Shown in pieces: positions 28,565 to 39,200 of a stretch of 64,000 nt of DNA. Location of the stretch: positions 1 through 64,000 of the IMG/VR virus record IMGVR_UViG_3300044712_001255. One strand, written 5' to 3'. Numbering within the stretch: the first letter of the stretch is position 1; each line of letters starts with the position of its first letter. Both the position numbers and the translations under genes were made by a program. The notes below the pieces were generated by a model that ran no database searches, was not told the origin of the DNA, and saw only the letters and a program-made list of their open reading frames with translations.

Positions 28565-29149
28565 ATGTTAGTTTTAGGCATTGATGCTTCTACAACAATC
28601 ACTGCGTTTTCTGTGATTGACGCAAACAACAATTATGATCCCAAGAAGCATTTTGTTGACTACTGGGTTGAAGACTTTAAGGGGTGTTCTACGTTTTGGG
28701 AGAAGTGTGACAAGATTGTTGCCAAGTTAGTTGACATAGACAATGATATCAAGAACTGCGCGCCAGCATTTGATAAACCAAAAATTGAGGCGTTCTACAT
28801 AGAAGAACCCATGAAGCGATTCTCACCTGGAATGTCATCTGCCGAAACCATAAGCACGTTGCAACGTTTCAATGGCATCGTATGTTACCTAACGCGTGAA
28901 AGATTTGGTATTGACGTGAAGTATGTCAACGTGTCAGCTGCACGTAAGGCGTCTGGTGTTCGTGTTGTGCAGACTAAAAAGGATCCATTGGGTCGTAATG
29001 CAAAACATCAGACTTTTGATCACATGCTTGTCAACGATTTGTCTCACATTCAATGGCCAACAAAGAAATCAGGTAAGCCTAAGGACTGGGCATATGATGT
29101 CACAGATTCATATGTGGTAGCTCGCGGTGGCAGTATACTGAACAAGTAA
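28565..29149 (+). CDS. RuvC-like Holliday junction resolvase
   Basis: VLGIDAST, FYIEEP and YDVTDSYVVA supply the acidic tetrad. Confidence 0.82.
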   Translation: MLVLGIDASTTITAFSVIDANNNYDPKKHFVDYWVEDFKGCSTFWEKCDKIVAKLVDIDNDIKNCAPAFDKPKIEAFYIEEPMKRFSPGMSSAETISTLQRFNGIVCYLTRERFGIDVKYVNVSAARKASGVRVVQTKKDPLGRNAKHQTFDHMLVNDLSHIQWPTKKSGKPKDWAYDVTDSYVVARGGSILNK

Positions 29150-29167
29150 ACAGACGCAGTTTACAAT
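29139..29167 (+). promoter_or_regulatory. Promoter TGAACA-17-TACAAT, 6 nt before GTG 29174 (predicted leaderless)
   Basis: Hexamers and spacing read directly; no SD. Confidence 0.65.
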
Positions 29168-29173
29168 TGTTAC

Positions 29174-30142
29174 GTGCATACTCTCACCGAAAAGGTGAAC
29201 TTCATTCGGCGTGTTTTTGGGCAATATGAACTTGCTCGAAATGAAAAGAACATTGCCGTTAAGTGCCCATTTTGTAGCAAGATTACGTCAGACAAGAAAA
29301 AGCTTGTCATACGATTGTCTGACGATGCGTGTCATTGTTGGGTTTGTGGGTATAAATCACGTTCTCTTGTGAAGGTTCTTAAAAAGAAATCTCCCAATGA
29401 CGTACGTGAATACGTTGACAAGTTCTATCCAGAACTTCGAACGAAGTACCAAAAACAAGATGTTGCTCCACAACAAGAAGTTGTGCAGTTACCAAAAGAT
29501 TTTGTGTTGTTGCAGCTTGCTTCAATGTCAAACCCAGATTACCGAGCCGTGAAGAAGTACGTCGAAGATCGCAACATTTCAGATAGAGACATGTGGTTCT
29601 ATAAGCTTGGTGTTTCTAACGAACCACGTTGGCAACGTCGAGTGATAATTCCTTCTTTTGACGACATTGGGCTGTTAAATGATTACGTAGGTAGAGCAAT
29701 CAACCCGAACGTCTATAACAAATATGATTCTCCAACTGACGATAAGCTCTCGCACATTTTCAATGAGATGTACATTGATTGGAAAAAGCAGCTAGTTCTT
29801 TGCGAGGGACCATTTGACATGATGAAATGTGGTGAGAACACTGTTCCACTATTGGGTTCTGAGCTGAATGAGGAATCATTGTTATTTGAACGTATCATAG
29901 TCAACAATACGCCGATTGCTTTGGCACTCGATTCTGATATGCTTGAAACAAAGGTTCCTAAGATGTCACGAGTCCTTCAAGAATATGATATAGATGTGAA
30001 GGTTGTTCGTGTGCCAGATGATCCTGGTGCTCTTACGAAAGAAGAATTTCAAGAGTGTTTGATGAACGCAACGCCGCTTACGTGGGAGTCAAATCTCAAG
30101 AGCAGGCTCAAAAAGATGGCGTCATTACGTTTGACACTTTGA
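29174..30142 (+). CDS. DNA primase (gp61/DnaG-like, Zn finger + Toprim)
   Basis: CPFC...CHCWVCG zinc finger; LCEGPFD and LALDSD Toprim motifs. Confidence 0.9.
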   Translation: MHTLTEKVNFIRRVFGQYELARNEKNIAVKCPFCSKITSDKKKLVIRLSDDACHCWVCGYKSRSLVKVLKKKSPNDVREYVDKFYPELRTKYQKQDVAPQQEVVQLPKDFVLLQLASMSNPDYRAVKKYVEDRNISDRDMWFYKLGVSNEPRWQRRVIIPSFDDIGLLNDYVGRAINPNVYNKYDSPTDDKLSHIFNEMYIDWKKQLVLCEGPFDMMKCGENTVPLLGSELNEESLLFERIIVNNTPIALALDSDMLETKVPKMSRVLQEYDIDVKVVRVPDDPGALTKEEFQECLMNATPLTWESNLKSRLKKMASLRLTL

Positions 30143-30144
30143 AT

Positions 30145-30173
30145 TGTAAATGGTTGAATTTACTTGGTAGTAT
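30145..30173 (+). promoter_or_regulatory. Promoter TGTAAA-17-TAGTAT, 8 nt before ATG 30182
   Basis: Hexamers and spacing read directly. Confidence 0.5.
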
Positions 30174-30181
30174 GGAGTCCG

Positions 30182-33100
30182 ATGGTACGTGTAGCTCACC
30201 TTGCTGATGTTCATTTTAGGGGTTTGTCACGGCACTCAGAATACAGAGAAGTATTTGATGCCTTCGCAGAAGATGCTAAGCAGGCGAAGGTAGATGCTAT
30301 ATTAGTAGCAGGCGATATTTTTCACACGAAAACAACGGGTATAAGCCCTGAGTACATTCAAGAGATTTCTCGTTGGATGACACTGTTATCTACAATTGCA
30401 CCAACGCATATTACGCTTGGTAATCACGACGGCAACTTGGTCAATATGTCACGTCAAGATGCCGTGACGCCCATCTATGACATCGTTCAAGCAAACGTAC
30501 CTGCGGGTCGTCTGTTTTTGCACAAGTTTAGTGGCGTGTATGATTTCTTGCCTGGCATAAAACTGTGCGTATTGAGTATCTTTGATGAAGACAACTGGAA
30601 GGTAGTGAATCCGGTTGACGGACACATCAACATTGCAACTTATCATGGTCCTGTCAAAGGTGCTCAGACTGAATCAGATTGGACCATTGACGATGGGTTG
30701 TTGGTGGATTCGTTCTCTAGATACGATTTCGCAATGCTGGGTGATATTCACAAGACACAATTCCTTGGATATCGAAAAACTAAGAACGGTGAAAAGCCAT
30801 GGATAGCGTACCCCGGGTCAACGCTTCAGCAGACATACAAGGAATCGCTAGACCACGGTTATTTGCTATGGAACATTGAATCACGTGATGATTTTAATGT
30901 TGAGTTTCGCATTCTTCCCAATCCACGTCCATTTGTAACGCTGAATTGGCATGATGACGTTGAAGCAACTGCCAATGATGCGTTTAAGTACGAAAAGGGA
31001 TCTAGATTTCGTATCAAAAGCGATGTGCATCTTACGCAAAAAGACATTCAGGGATTGTCATCAATCCTCAAGAATGATCGTAACGCATCTGAGGTTACTT
31101 TCAAAATTGACGTGGCTGAGAAGATAAGTGCGCAGGCTCAATATGGTTCTCTTGACTTAGCACACGAAGATATTAGAAATCCTGAGGCTATTGTGAAACT
31201 TATTATGAAGTTTCACGAAAACACAAAGCTTGATGACGATGAGTCAAAGCAAATCAAAGACTTAGTACGAACATACCTCCAGCAAGCTACCTTAGGAGAT
31301 GAAGTATCTCGAGGTTCAAAGTGGTCTCTGCGTCAGCTTAAGTTTGATAACACGTTCACATATGGGCCAAATAACGTAATCAATTTTGACAAGTTGTCTG
31401 GTGTGACTGGAATTTTTGGGCCAAATCGTGTTGGTAAATCTTCAATACCTGGAACTCTTGCATATGTGCTGTACAATGATACAGACCGTGGTTCGATAAA
31501 GAATCAATACGTGTGTAACATTCGCAAGCCCTTTTGTTATGGAAGGGCGTTGATTGCGGTAAATGGCGTTGATTATGTGATTGAACGACAAACAACAAAG
31601 TTTGAGTCAAAGAGCGGCGTTGAACATGCTATCACTTCATTGAATGCTTGGCGAGTTCTACCAAATGGTGAGCTTGAAGATCTTGCTGGTGAAGCCCGCA
31701 ATGATACTGAAAAGGTGATTCGTAGGTTACTTGGTACGTCTGATGATTTTTTGATTACCGCGTTGTCGTCACAGGGTGATGCTGATTCATACGTCAAGTA
31801 TGGGTCAACAAGACGCTGGCAAGTACTTGCAAGATTTCTTGACATTGATGTCTTTGCCAAGATGGCAGATCTTGTGAAAGAAGACATCAAGGTTGCAAAG
31901 GCACAACTACGTAACTACCCAGAAAAGAATTGGTCTGAGCTTGCCGTTGCGCTAAAGGCCGATTTTAAAAGCTGTGATCACGATCTAGCACAAAAGGTAG
32001 CAGATTTGCTCGTTGTGCAGAATCAACTTGCGTTGTTGCGAGCGCAACTGGCAAAATACGATGACATCACGCCAGTTACTGAAGATGAACTTTCTTCTGC
32101 TAAGACAAAGAAAGTAACTCTCACAAGTAGATTAGGAAAGCTACAACGGCAAATTGACACGTGCAACGCATCAATTAAAACTATCAATGATGATAGTGAT
32201 AAACTACGAGATGAATTGCAAACATATGATGTTGAAACTCTCAACACAAGATTGGTATTATTGAAGTCGCTACGTGAACAACTTGCAACGTTGCGTCACA
32301 ATAGTGAAAAGCAACAAACGGCATCATCTACTGCAAAGAAATCTGTGAAGTTGCTTGATACTGTTCCTTGTGGAGACACGTTTCCAACGTGCAGATTCAT
32401 CAAAGATGCTCACGAAAATCGTAAAAATTTAGCTACGCTTGAAGCTACGACAAAGGCTGCGCTCGATGCAGTCTCAGAAGCTGAAGACACATTACAGACT
32501 CTAATAGCTGAAAGGGTTGAAGACGCGTTGTCTAACATTCAACGAATTCAGGAACAAATTAAGACATTCGATATTGATCTCTTGAAAAAAGAGAATGAAA
32601 TCGTTCGCCTGCAAGCTGAGTTTGATGCAACCACGATCGCCCTACGTGATGCTACGGCTGCTCTTGGCAAGCTTGAAGAGTCTGTACACAATGATCAGAA
32701 CACGGCAATCATCGACCTACAACAACAAATAGATGCTCTCGATGCTGAGGCTCATGCAATTGATAAAGAAAAACTTGCGCTTGCTTCTCGAAAGGGACGC
32801 ATCGAATCAGACGTATTGAAGTTAGCAGATGAAAGACGTCAACGCGAAAAGATTCTAAAGAGCATGAAGGTACATGAGTTGTTGTTCTTGGCGTTTTCAA
32901 AGAAGGGCATTCCAAGAATGATCATCAGCACGCAGTTGCCTGCGATCAATGCAGAGATTTCAAAAATCTTGTCTGGCATCGTGAATTACACTGTTGAATT
33001 TGAAAATGATGAAGATTCTGACAAGCTTGATCTATACCTCAACTACGGAGATTCTCGTCGTATCATTGAGCTTGGTTCTGGCATGGAGAAGATGATGGCG

Positions 33101-33349
33101 TCAATAGCCATTCGTGTCGCAATGACAAATGTATCTTCTTTACCGCGACCAGATATTTTCATCATTGATGAAGGATTTGGTAATCTTGATGAGAGTAATC
33201 TTGAATCATGCACTCGCTTGTTGCGGTCACTCACCCAATACTTCAGGAATGTGCTTGTCATTAGCCATGTTGATGCTATCAAGGATGCAATTGATAACAT
33301 GATCGAGATTACAAGGGACGAACGTGAGTCTCGAGTGGTGTATGATTGA
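30182..33349 (+). CDS. Fused Mre11/SbcD nuclease - Rad50/SbcC ATPase (gp47-gp46-like)
   Basis: HLADVH, AGDIFH, GNHD, GDIH; GPNRVGKS Walker A; coiled coil; GSGMEK signature; IIDEGFGNLD Walker B; all in one frame. Confidence 0.93.
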   Translation: MVRVAHLADVHFRGLSRHSEYREVFDAFAEDAKQAKVDAILVAGDIFHTKTTGISPEYIQEISRWMTLLSTIAPTHITLGNHDGNLVNMSRQDAVTPIYDIVQANVPAGRLFLHKFSGVYDFLPGIKLCVLSIFDEDNWKVVNPVDGHINIATYHGPVKGAQTESDWTIDDGLLVDSFSRYDFAMLGDIHKTQFLGYRKTKNGEKPWIAYPGSTLQQTYKESLDHGYLLWNIESRDDFNVEFRILPNPRPFVTLNWHDDVEATANDAFKYEKGSRFRIKSDVHLTQKDIQGLSSILKNDRNASEVTFKIDVAEKISAQAQYGSLDLAHEDIRNPEAIVKLIMKFHENTKLDDDESKQIKDLVRTYLQQATLGDEVSRGSKWSLRQLKFDNTFTYGPNNVINFDKLSGVTGIFGPNRVGKSSIPGTLAYVLYNDTDRGSIKNQYVCNIRKPFCYGRALIAVNGVDYVIERQTTKFESKSGVEHAITSLNAWRVLPNGELEDLAGEARNDTEKVIRRLLGTSDDFLITALSSQGDADSYVKYGSTRRWQVLARFLDIDVFAKMADLVKEDIKVAKAQLRNYPEKNWSELAVALKADFKSCDHDLAQKVADLLVVQNQLALLRAQLAKYDDITPVTEDELSSAKTKKVTLTSRLGKLQRQIDTCNASIKTINDDSDKLRDELQTYDVETLNTRLVLLKSLREQLATLRHNSEKQQTASSTAKKSVKLLDTVPCGDTFPTCRFIKDAHENRKNLATLEATTKAALDAVSEAEDTLQTLIAERVEDALSNIQRIQEQIKTFDIDLLKKENEIVRLQAEFDATTIALRDATAALGKLEESVHNDQNTAIIDLQQQIDALDAEAHAIDKEKLALASRKGRIESDVLKLADERRQREKILKSMKVHELLFLAFSKKGIPRMIISTQLPAINAEISKILSGIVNYTVEFENDEDSDKLDLYLNYGDSRRIIELGSGMEKMMASIAIRVAMTNVSSLPRPDIFIIDEGFGNLDESNLESCTRLLRSLTQYFRNVLVISHVDAIKDAIDNMIEITRDERESRVVYD

Positions 33350-33352
33350 TTA

Positions 33353-33637
33353 GTGAAAATAAGCAATGACAGAATCGTTGTAGAACACGATAGTCACCTA
33401 ACGATCTATCCAGATGAGATGGGTGAATTGATTCCCGCCGCGTGTCCTGTGTGTGATCATTTGCTACGTACGTCTGATGATGAAATGATGTACGTAAAAT
33501 TTGGTTGCTGTGATGCGTGTGCAGCGGAATGGGCCTGGCGTGACACGAAATCGTGGAATGATGGAATTCGTCCTACAAAAGACGATATTGAAAAGCGATG
33601 CGCCTGTAGACCAAAGTTGTTTTTAAGCGTGGCGTGA
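33353..33637 (+). CDS. Small zinc-finger-like protein
   Basis: CPVC...CCDAC; preceded by TATGAT-N6-GTG. Confidence 0.7.
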   Translation: MKISNDRIVVEHDSHLTIYPDEMGELIPAACPVCDHLLRTSDDEMMYVKFGCCDACAAEWAWRDTKSWNDGIRPTKDDIEKRCACRPKLFLSVA

Positions 33638-33646
33638 TATCGGTGT

Positions 33647-33653
33647 ATAGTTA
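33647..33653 (+). promoter_or_regulatory. Candidate late promoter ATAGTTA (terminase operon)
   Basis: ATA(G/C)TTA recurs before head/virion genes at 35721, 48280, 53751 and 63480. Confidence 0.45.
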
Positions 33654-33671
33654 TTGCAGGAGTCACAGCAC

Positions 33672-34073
33672 ATGCCGACAAGCAAAGAGATCGATATCAA
33701 TGCACTGGGTCAGGCCATTGATACAACGTGGGGTCGTTCGTCTACGCCCCTCACTGCTACAACGTCTGTCAAAATGCAATTGATGGGTGCTGGCCTGTTA
33801 AAGGTAGTATTCAATAACGTAGTCACATTCAGGTCACAAGAAAGTTTTTCTCGTGTCAAGGCGTCGTGTGCCGATGAGGCAACTCGCATCATCAATGAAA
33901 CGATGAAGAATGTCAAGGCTTCGTACAAAGATCTCGCGCACCCTGATTGCAAGGCAACAATAACCTTGAAAGAAACGTCTTCAAACGACAGCGTTGAGAT
34001 GCTTTCAATGAATGTGTATAACCCAAAGCGCACTGCGAAGTATTGTCGGACGGCTGTGTTTGAATTTGCATGA
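33672..34073 (+). CDS. Hypothetical protein upstream of terminase
   Basis: CAGGAG SD before ATG 33672; ATGA overlap with terminase. Not recognisable as a small terminase. Confidence 0.7.
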   Translation: MPTSKEIDINALGQAIDTTWGRSSTPLTATTSVKMQLMGAGLLKVVFNNVVTFRSQESFSRVKASCADEATRIINETMKNVKASYKDLAHPDCKATITLKETSSNDSVEMLSMNVYNPKRTAKYCRTAVFEFA

Positions 34074-35716
34074 GCACACCGATAAGTCAAAAACAACAAG
34101 TCGCAGAAATCGTAAAATGTGGTAAAGATCCGGCATATTTCATTCGAAAGTATGTCAAGATCCAGCATCCTCTAAAGGGATTGATCCCATTTGAGATGTA
34201 CCCATACCAGGATACGTGCCTCGAAGATTTTGAGAAGCATCGTTTCAATATTGTTCTTAAGTCAAGGCAGCTTGGCTTGTCAACGTTAGGCGCAGCGTAT
34301 GCTTTGTGGCTAGCGATATTCTATCGTGAAAAGAACATTCTTGTTATTGCAACGAAGCTTTCTACCGCAATCAACTTCATCAAGAAGGTGAAAGTTGCTC
34401 TGGCGGCACTGCCTGCTTGGCTGAAGATTCCCAAGGAGATTGGCATTGCAAAGTCGGAAGTATCATTTGATAATGGCTCGCAGATCAAGGCAGTGCCCAC
34501 TGCGGAAGACGCTGGACGTTCAGAGGCTTTGTCGTTATTGATTGTCGATGAGGCTGCATTCATTAGAGATTTCGGGGAGATCTGGACAGGTCTTTTCCCA
34601 ACTCTCAGTACTGGCGGACGTGCGTTGATCATTTCAACGCCAAATGGCGTAGCAGGTGTCGGGGCACAATACTACCGGATGTGGACTGAGGGTGAGGCGG
34701 GACAAAACGATTTCAATACAGTGCGTCTTGAGTGGACAATTCATCCAGAGCACGACAAGAAATGGTACGACGATCAGTGTCGTCAGTTAGGTGATCCAAA
34801 GCGCATTGCGCAGGAGTTGCTATGTGACTTCTTATCGTCAGGAGACACGTACCTTCAACCAGAAGATTTGTCATGGGTACGAAGCCAAATCAAGGATCCC
34901 ATTTCAAGGGAGGGCCCGTCTCATAATGTGTGGATCTGGCACCGCCCAAACCCAGCACACAAGTACATCATATCAGCAGACGTAGCTCGTGGCGATGGAG
35001 CTGACTATTCAACGTTTCACATCTATGATTTTGAAGGATGTGAGATGGTCGCAGAATTTATGGGTAAGTTGCCGCCAGATCGTTTCGCAGAATTGCTTGA
35101 AACGTGGGGACACACGTATAATGATGCATTGATAGCGCCAGAGGTAAACACATATGGGTACATGACATGTGTTAAGCTTCGTGATGATGGATATCCCAAG
35201 TTATTCTACAAAAAGAACAAGGGTGATCCGTTCAACTATCTTCCAAAACAGGACGAGCTTCCAGGTTTCGATAATCAACAAAAGTCACGTACTCAAGTAC
35301 TATCAAAGCTTGAGGAGATGATTCGTAACAAACAACTGTGGATTCATTCTCGACGCCTGTATGAGCAGCTCAATACGTTTGTTTGGAATAACGGCAAGGC
35401 AATGGCGTCATCAGATAGCCACGATGATCTTGTTATCTCCGCTGCTATTGGCGCGTGGTTGTGTGGTGACGGCGGCAAAGTAAGCGAAACAGAACTACAA
35501 ATGATGTACGCAATGTTGAATGCGTCGAAGGTTGAATCCTCAGGCAGAGGATCAAAGTTGGAGGACATTGATCGCATCAAACCGCTTACGAGCGCAAACA
35601 TGTCTGCGTACAACTCTGCAAACATTGGAAAGCCACGAGATCCAACGGCTGTGCAGAGAAATTCATCTCGTAAGATGGGAAATGAACTTTCTGACTTCAC
35701 GTGGCTTCTTAGGTGA
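34070..35716 (+). CDS. terL: Terminase large subunit (T4 gp17-like)
   Basis: MYPYQ, LKSRQLGLST Walker A, LIVDEAAF Walker B, ISTPNG, ADVARGDGADYS, HDDLV. Confidence 0.95.
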   Translation: MSTPISQKQQVAEIVKCGKDPAYFIRKYVKIQHPLKGLIPFEMYPYQDTCLEDFEKHRFNIVLKSRQLGLSTLGAAYALWLAIFYREKNILVIATKLSTAINFIKKVKVALAALPAWLKIPKEIGIAKSEVSFDNGSQIKAVPTAEDAGRSEALSLLIVDEAAFIRDFGEIWTGLFPTLSTGGRALIISTPNGVAGVGAQYYRMWTEGEAGQNDFNTVRLEWTIHPEHDKKWYDDQCRQLGDPKRIAQELLCDFLSSGDTYLQPEDLSWVRSQIKDPISREGPSHNVWIWHRPNPAHKYIISADVARGDGADYSTFHIYDFEGCEMVAEFMGKLPPDRFAELLETWGHTYNDALIAPEVNTYGYMTCVKLRDDGYPKLFYKKNKGDPFNYLPKQDELPGFDNQQKSRTQVLSKLEEMIRNKQLWIHSRRLYEQLNTFVWNNGKAMASSDSHDDLVISAAIGAWLCGDGGKVSETELQMMYAMLNASKVESSGRGSKLEDIDRIKPLTSANMSAYNSANIGKPRDPTAVQRNSSRKMGNELSDFTWLLR

Positions 35717-35720
35717 TACT

Positions 35721-35727
35721 ATACTTA
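35721..35727 (+). promoter_or_regulatory. Candidate late promoter ATACTTA
   Basis: Recurrent motif in a short intergenic gap. Confidence 0.45.
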
Positions 35728-35749
35728 TAACGTTAGCGAGGCCCAACAA

Positions 35750-36217
35750 ATGAAGACTCAGATCAGCCGAAAGCGGATAAATCAGATCGTCAGCGAAGAA
35801 CTTGCAAAATTTCTTGTTGAGGAAGATGAAAAGAAGGGCAAAGAAACACCACCTCACGCCATCTCCAAGGCTGCTAGTGAATTCAAGGCCGCCGTTAGCA
35901 AGTCTCTCAAGCAGGCTGTGAAAGAATCTCTTGAGGGCTTCAAGGCTTCCGTGAAGAAGTTTGATGAGTCTGGCATTCCAAAAATGCCCGATGAACTCAC
36001 TGAAAAGCTCGCTGGTATTTCTGACGGTATGAATCAAATGAGCGAATTGCTCGATCAGCTTGATCCCGTCATCTCAGAAATTGAAGAGATACTCGATCAC
36101 ATGATCAATAACCCAGGCGAATATATCGTAAAGCCTGAAGAGAAGTCGTTTGCTCAAGAATACCCAGCTGCAGTTGACGTCAAGTCGCCTGCTGATGGTC
36201 CTATGATCTCTGGCTGA
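35750..36217 (+). CDS. Hypothetical head-module protein
   Basis: Between terminase and portal; contains LVEE and VKES motifs. Confidence 0.7.
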   Translation: MKTQISRKRINQIVSEELAKFLVEEDEKKGKETPPHAISKAASEFKAAVSKSLKQAVKESLEGFKASVKKFDESGIPKMPDELTEKLAGISDGMNQMSELLDQLDPVISEIEEILDHMINNPGEYIVKPEEKSFAQEYPAAVDVKSPADGPMISG

Positions 36218-36286
36218 AATATACGTTCGATTGATCCTTGGTAGGATCTAGACAGCTGACCTTACCAATGGGCCAGCGAGGTAAAG

Positions 36287-39200
36287 ATGACAAAAAAGAA
36301 AGAAGACGCATCGCTGTTTCAACGTTTGACTCGCCTGTTTCGTTCAGGTGGCAAACTACGTCGTAAGGTAAAGACGTCTGATACGTTGCAAGCGGTGCCA
36401 GATAAGACAAAGTCGTCTGGCGTTCTTCTTTTTCAAAAGTCGATGTCTCCGACGTATGCGACTGTAACAAGCAACGCATACAATCTTTCTGAACGCCTGA
36501 TGCGATATCAGGATTTTCAAGAGATGGAATACACCGCTGAATTAGCATCAGCGCTTGACATATACGCTGATGAGTCTGTTCCACAAGATGACAAGGGACG
36601 CGTTCTTCACATCCATTCAGAGAACGAGAAAATCAAAGAGATTCTTGAGGACTTGTTCTACAATGTGTTGAACATCAGTTTTAACGGGCGTCCATGGGTA
36701 AGAAATCTTTGTAAGTACGGATGCTTCTTTTTGTATCTTGACGTATCGCCAGAATATGGCGTGATGAATGCTTTCCCAATCCCGGTGAACGAGATTGAGC
36801 GTGAGGAAAATTACGATAGAGAAGATCCGTTCGCTGTAAGATTTCGTTGGGTGACGCTTGGCAACAAGACGTTAGAGAATTGGGAAGTTGCTCACTTTAG
36901 GCTTTTGGGCAATGACATGTTCTTGCCTTACGGCTCTTCTGTTTTGGAACCAGCTCGACGCATTTGGCGACAGCTAATTCTTGCTGAGGACGCGATGCTT
37001 GTGTATCGTGTCGTAAGAGCTCCAGAACGTCGAGTATTCTACATTGACGTTGGTAATATCCCGGCAGACGAAGTTGATGCTTACATGGAGAAGCAGAAAA
37101 CACAGCTTCGTTCCAGCAGCGTTGTTGAGAACACCACCGGAAAACAAGATCTGCGGTACAACCCCATGCCGGTGCATAAAGATACACCCGTACCATTATT
37201 GGATGGTCGTACGGTGACGATAGAAAACTTAGCGCAAGAAATATCAGAGAACCCAAATAATGATGTGTGGGTTTATTCTGTGAATGACAGTGATCATAGA
37301 ATTGTTCCCGGTAGAGTTATATGGTGTGGTAAGAACTACTCCGCAGAAAAACTCATAAAAGTATGGTTAGATAACGACAGTTATGTCACGACTGCGCCTG
37401 AGCATCCATTTGTAATGCGTGACGGGTCAAATAAGAGAGCAGACGAACTTGTCGTGAATGACAGTTTAATGCCATTCTATCGTATAGAAACTAATAACGG
37501 GTATGAAGAAATTTATGACCCTCGTAGCAATGCATACGTCAAAACTCATAAAGTTGTTGCTAGTAATGTTTTAGTTGAGGAGTGGAATAACACAGAACAT
37601 AAGGTTGTTCATCACAAACATCCTGAGATCATTGGGAATAAGAGAAATAATCATCCAGATAATTTGCAAGTGATGTCATTTTGGGATCATCGAAGGTGGC
37701 ATATTGATAGATTACCATTGACATTACACAGACCTGATGTTTTACAAAAGACGCGTGAACGTTTGACGGCATGGAATAAGAGCTCGATAAAGAAACAACG
37801 TGTTTCTGAACTGAATAAGGAACGTAATTCTGTTGTAGCTATGGCAGGCTATAATGGAAGTGAGCTTCATAAATCACATAATGAAAATCGTCGTCAAGGC
37901 CAGAAGCGATCATGGGCAACAAATAAACAACAACGTTCACAAACTATGAAATGGATCATACCCGATGAATTTTTTGTCATCGGCGCACAGAAATTGCGTG
38001 AAGATCCTACGCTTAATAGACAAAGATTTCATGCTACAATGATGGCTGATTCTAATGTGATACGTTTGCTTAGAAGGGCGCAAATTACTAAGCGTGACGT
38101 CAATAAGATGTCAGAGGCAGCGTGGATTCGTCAATTACAAGAAAACACCGGCGCAACGTTTGGCACATTTAAGAGAACGACATTGGGCGATGCGTATGTT
38201 GCTCGCAAAAATCATAAAGTTTCACGAGTTGAGCATCTTGATGTGCAAGGTGAAGACGTCTATTGCATGACAGTTGTTGGACCAAACGGAGAAAATGACA
38301 GACACAACTTTGCAGTTTGTGGTTTGACGCCTTCAACTGATGGATCAACAAATGTAACGCAAGTAGATGGAATTATTCTTAAAAACTCAATTGAAGAGGA
38401 CTACTTCATAGCTGTTCGTGGCGGTGATACTGGCACAAAGATTGATACTCTCGCCGGCGGGCAAAATGCTGCCGCCGTTGAAGACGTCGAGTACATTCAG
38501 AAGAAGATGATTGCTGCTATCAAGATTCCACGTGCGTATCTTGGATATGATGACATGCTTTCGTCAAAGGCAACGCTGGCGCAAGAGGACATTCGTTTTG
38601 CGCGTACCATCAATTCAATTCAAAAGACCGTTGTTGCTGAGTTCAATAAGATCGCAATCATTCACCTATTTTCACATGGATATGATGGCGAAGATTTGAT
38701 GAACTTTACGCTAAGGCTGACCAACCCTTCGTCAATCGCAGAACAACAGAAGCTTGAGCTTTGGCGCGCAAGATTCGATATTGCTGGCACGGCGCCAGAT
38801 GGTATGCTATCAAAGCGCTGGATTGGAAAGACAATTCTCAACCTCACGGATTCTGAAATTCGTGAGATTCGCGAGGACATAGTCGCTGAAGGAGGAGAAG
38901 CTGAAGCCGGTGGCGGCGGAGGTGGAGGAGGCGGCGGTGGAGGGGGTCTGTTTGGTGGTGGAGGTGACCTTGGTGGTGGCGAAGGCGAAGCCGGTGGTGA
39001 AGAAGCCGCAGGCGGTGAAGAAGCAGCGCCAGAAGAAACAGAAGAGACTGAGGGCGATGTTCTCAAATCATCTGAAGATCACTCAGGTACGCCTATAAAG
39101 GTGACTGCTCGCGTAAAGTTACCGTCCGATAACGGATACGCAGGTACTGGAACGTATCAAAATTCTTCTGATATTTCCTCATCGAGATCTCAGCCCACAG

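Noticed and set aside
33672-34073. Small terminase subunit
   Set aside because: The position fits, but there is no recognisable gp16-like or HTH/coiled-coil signature.
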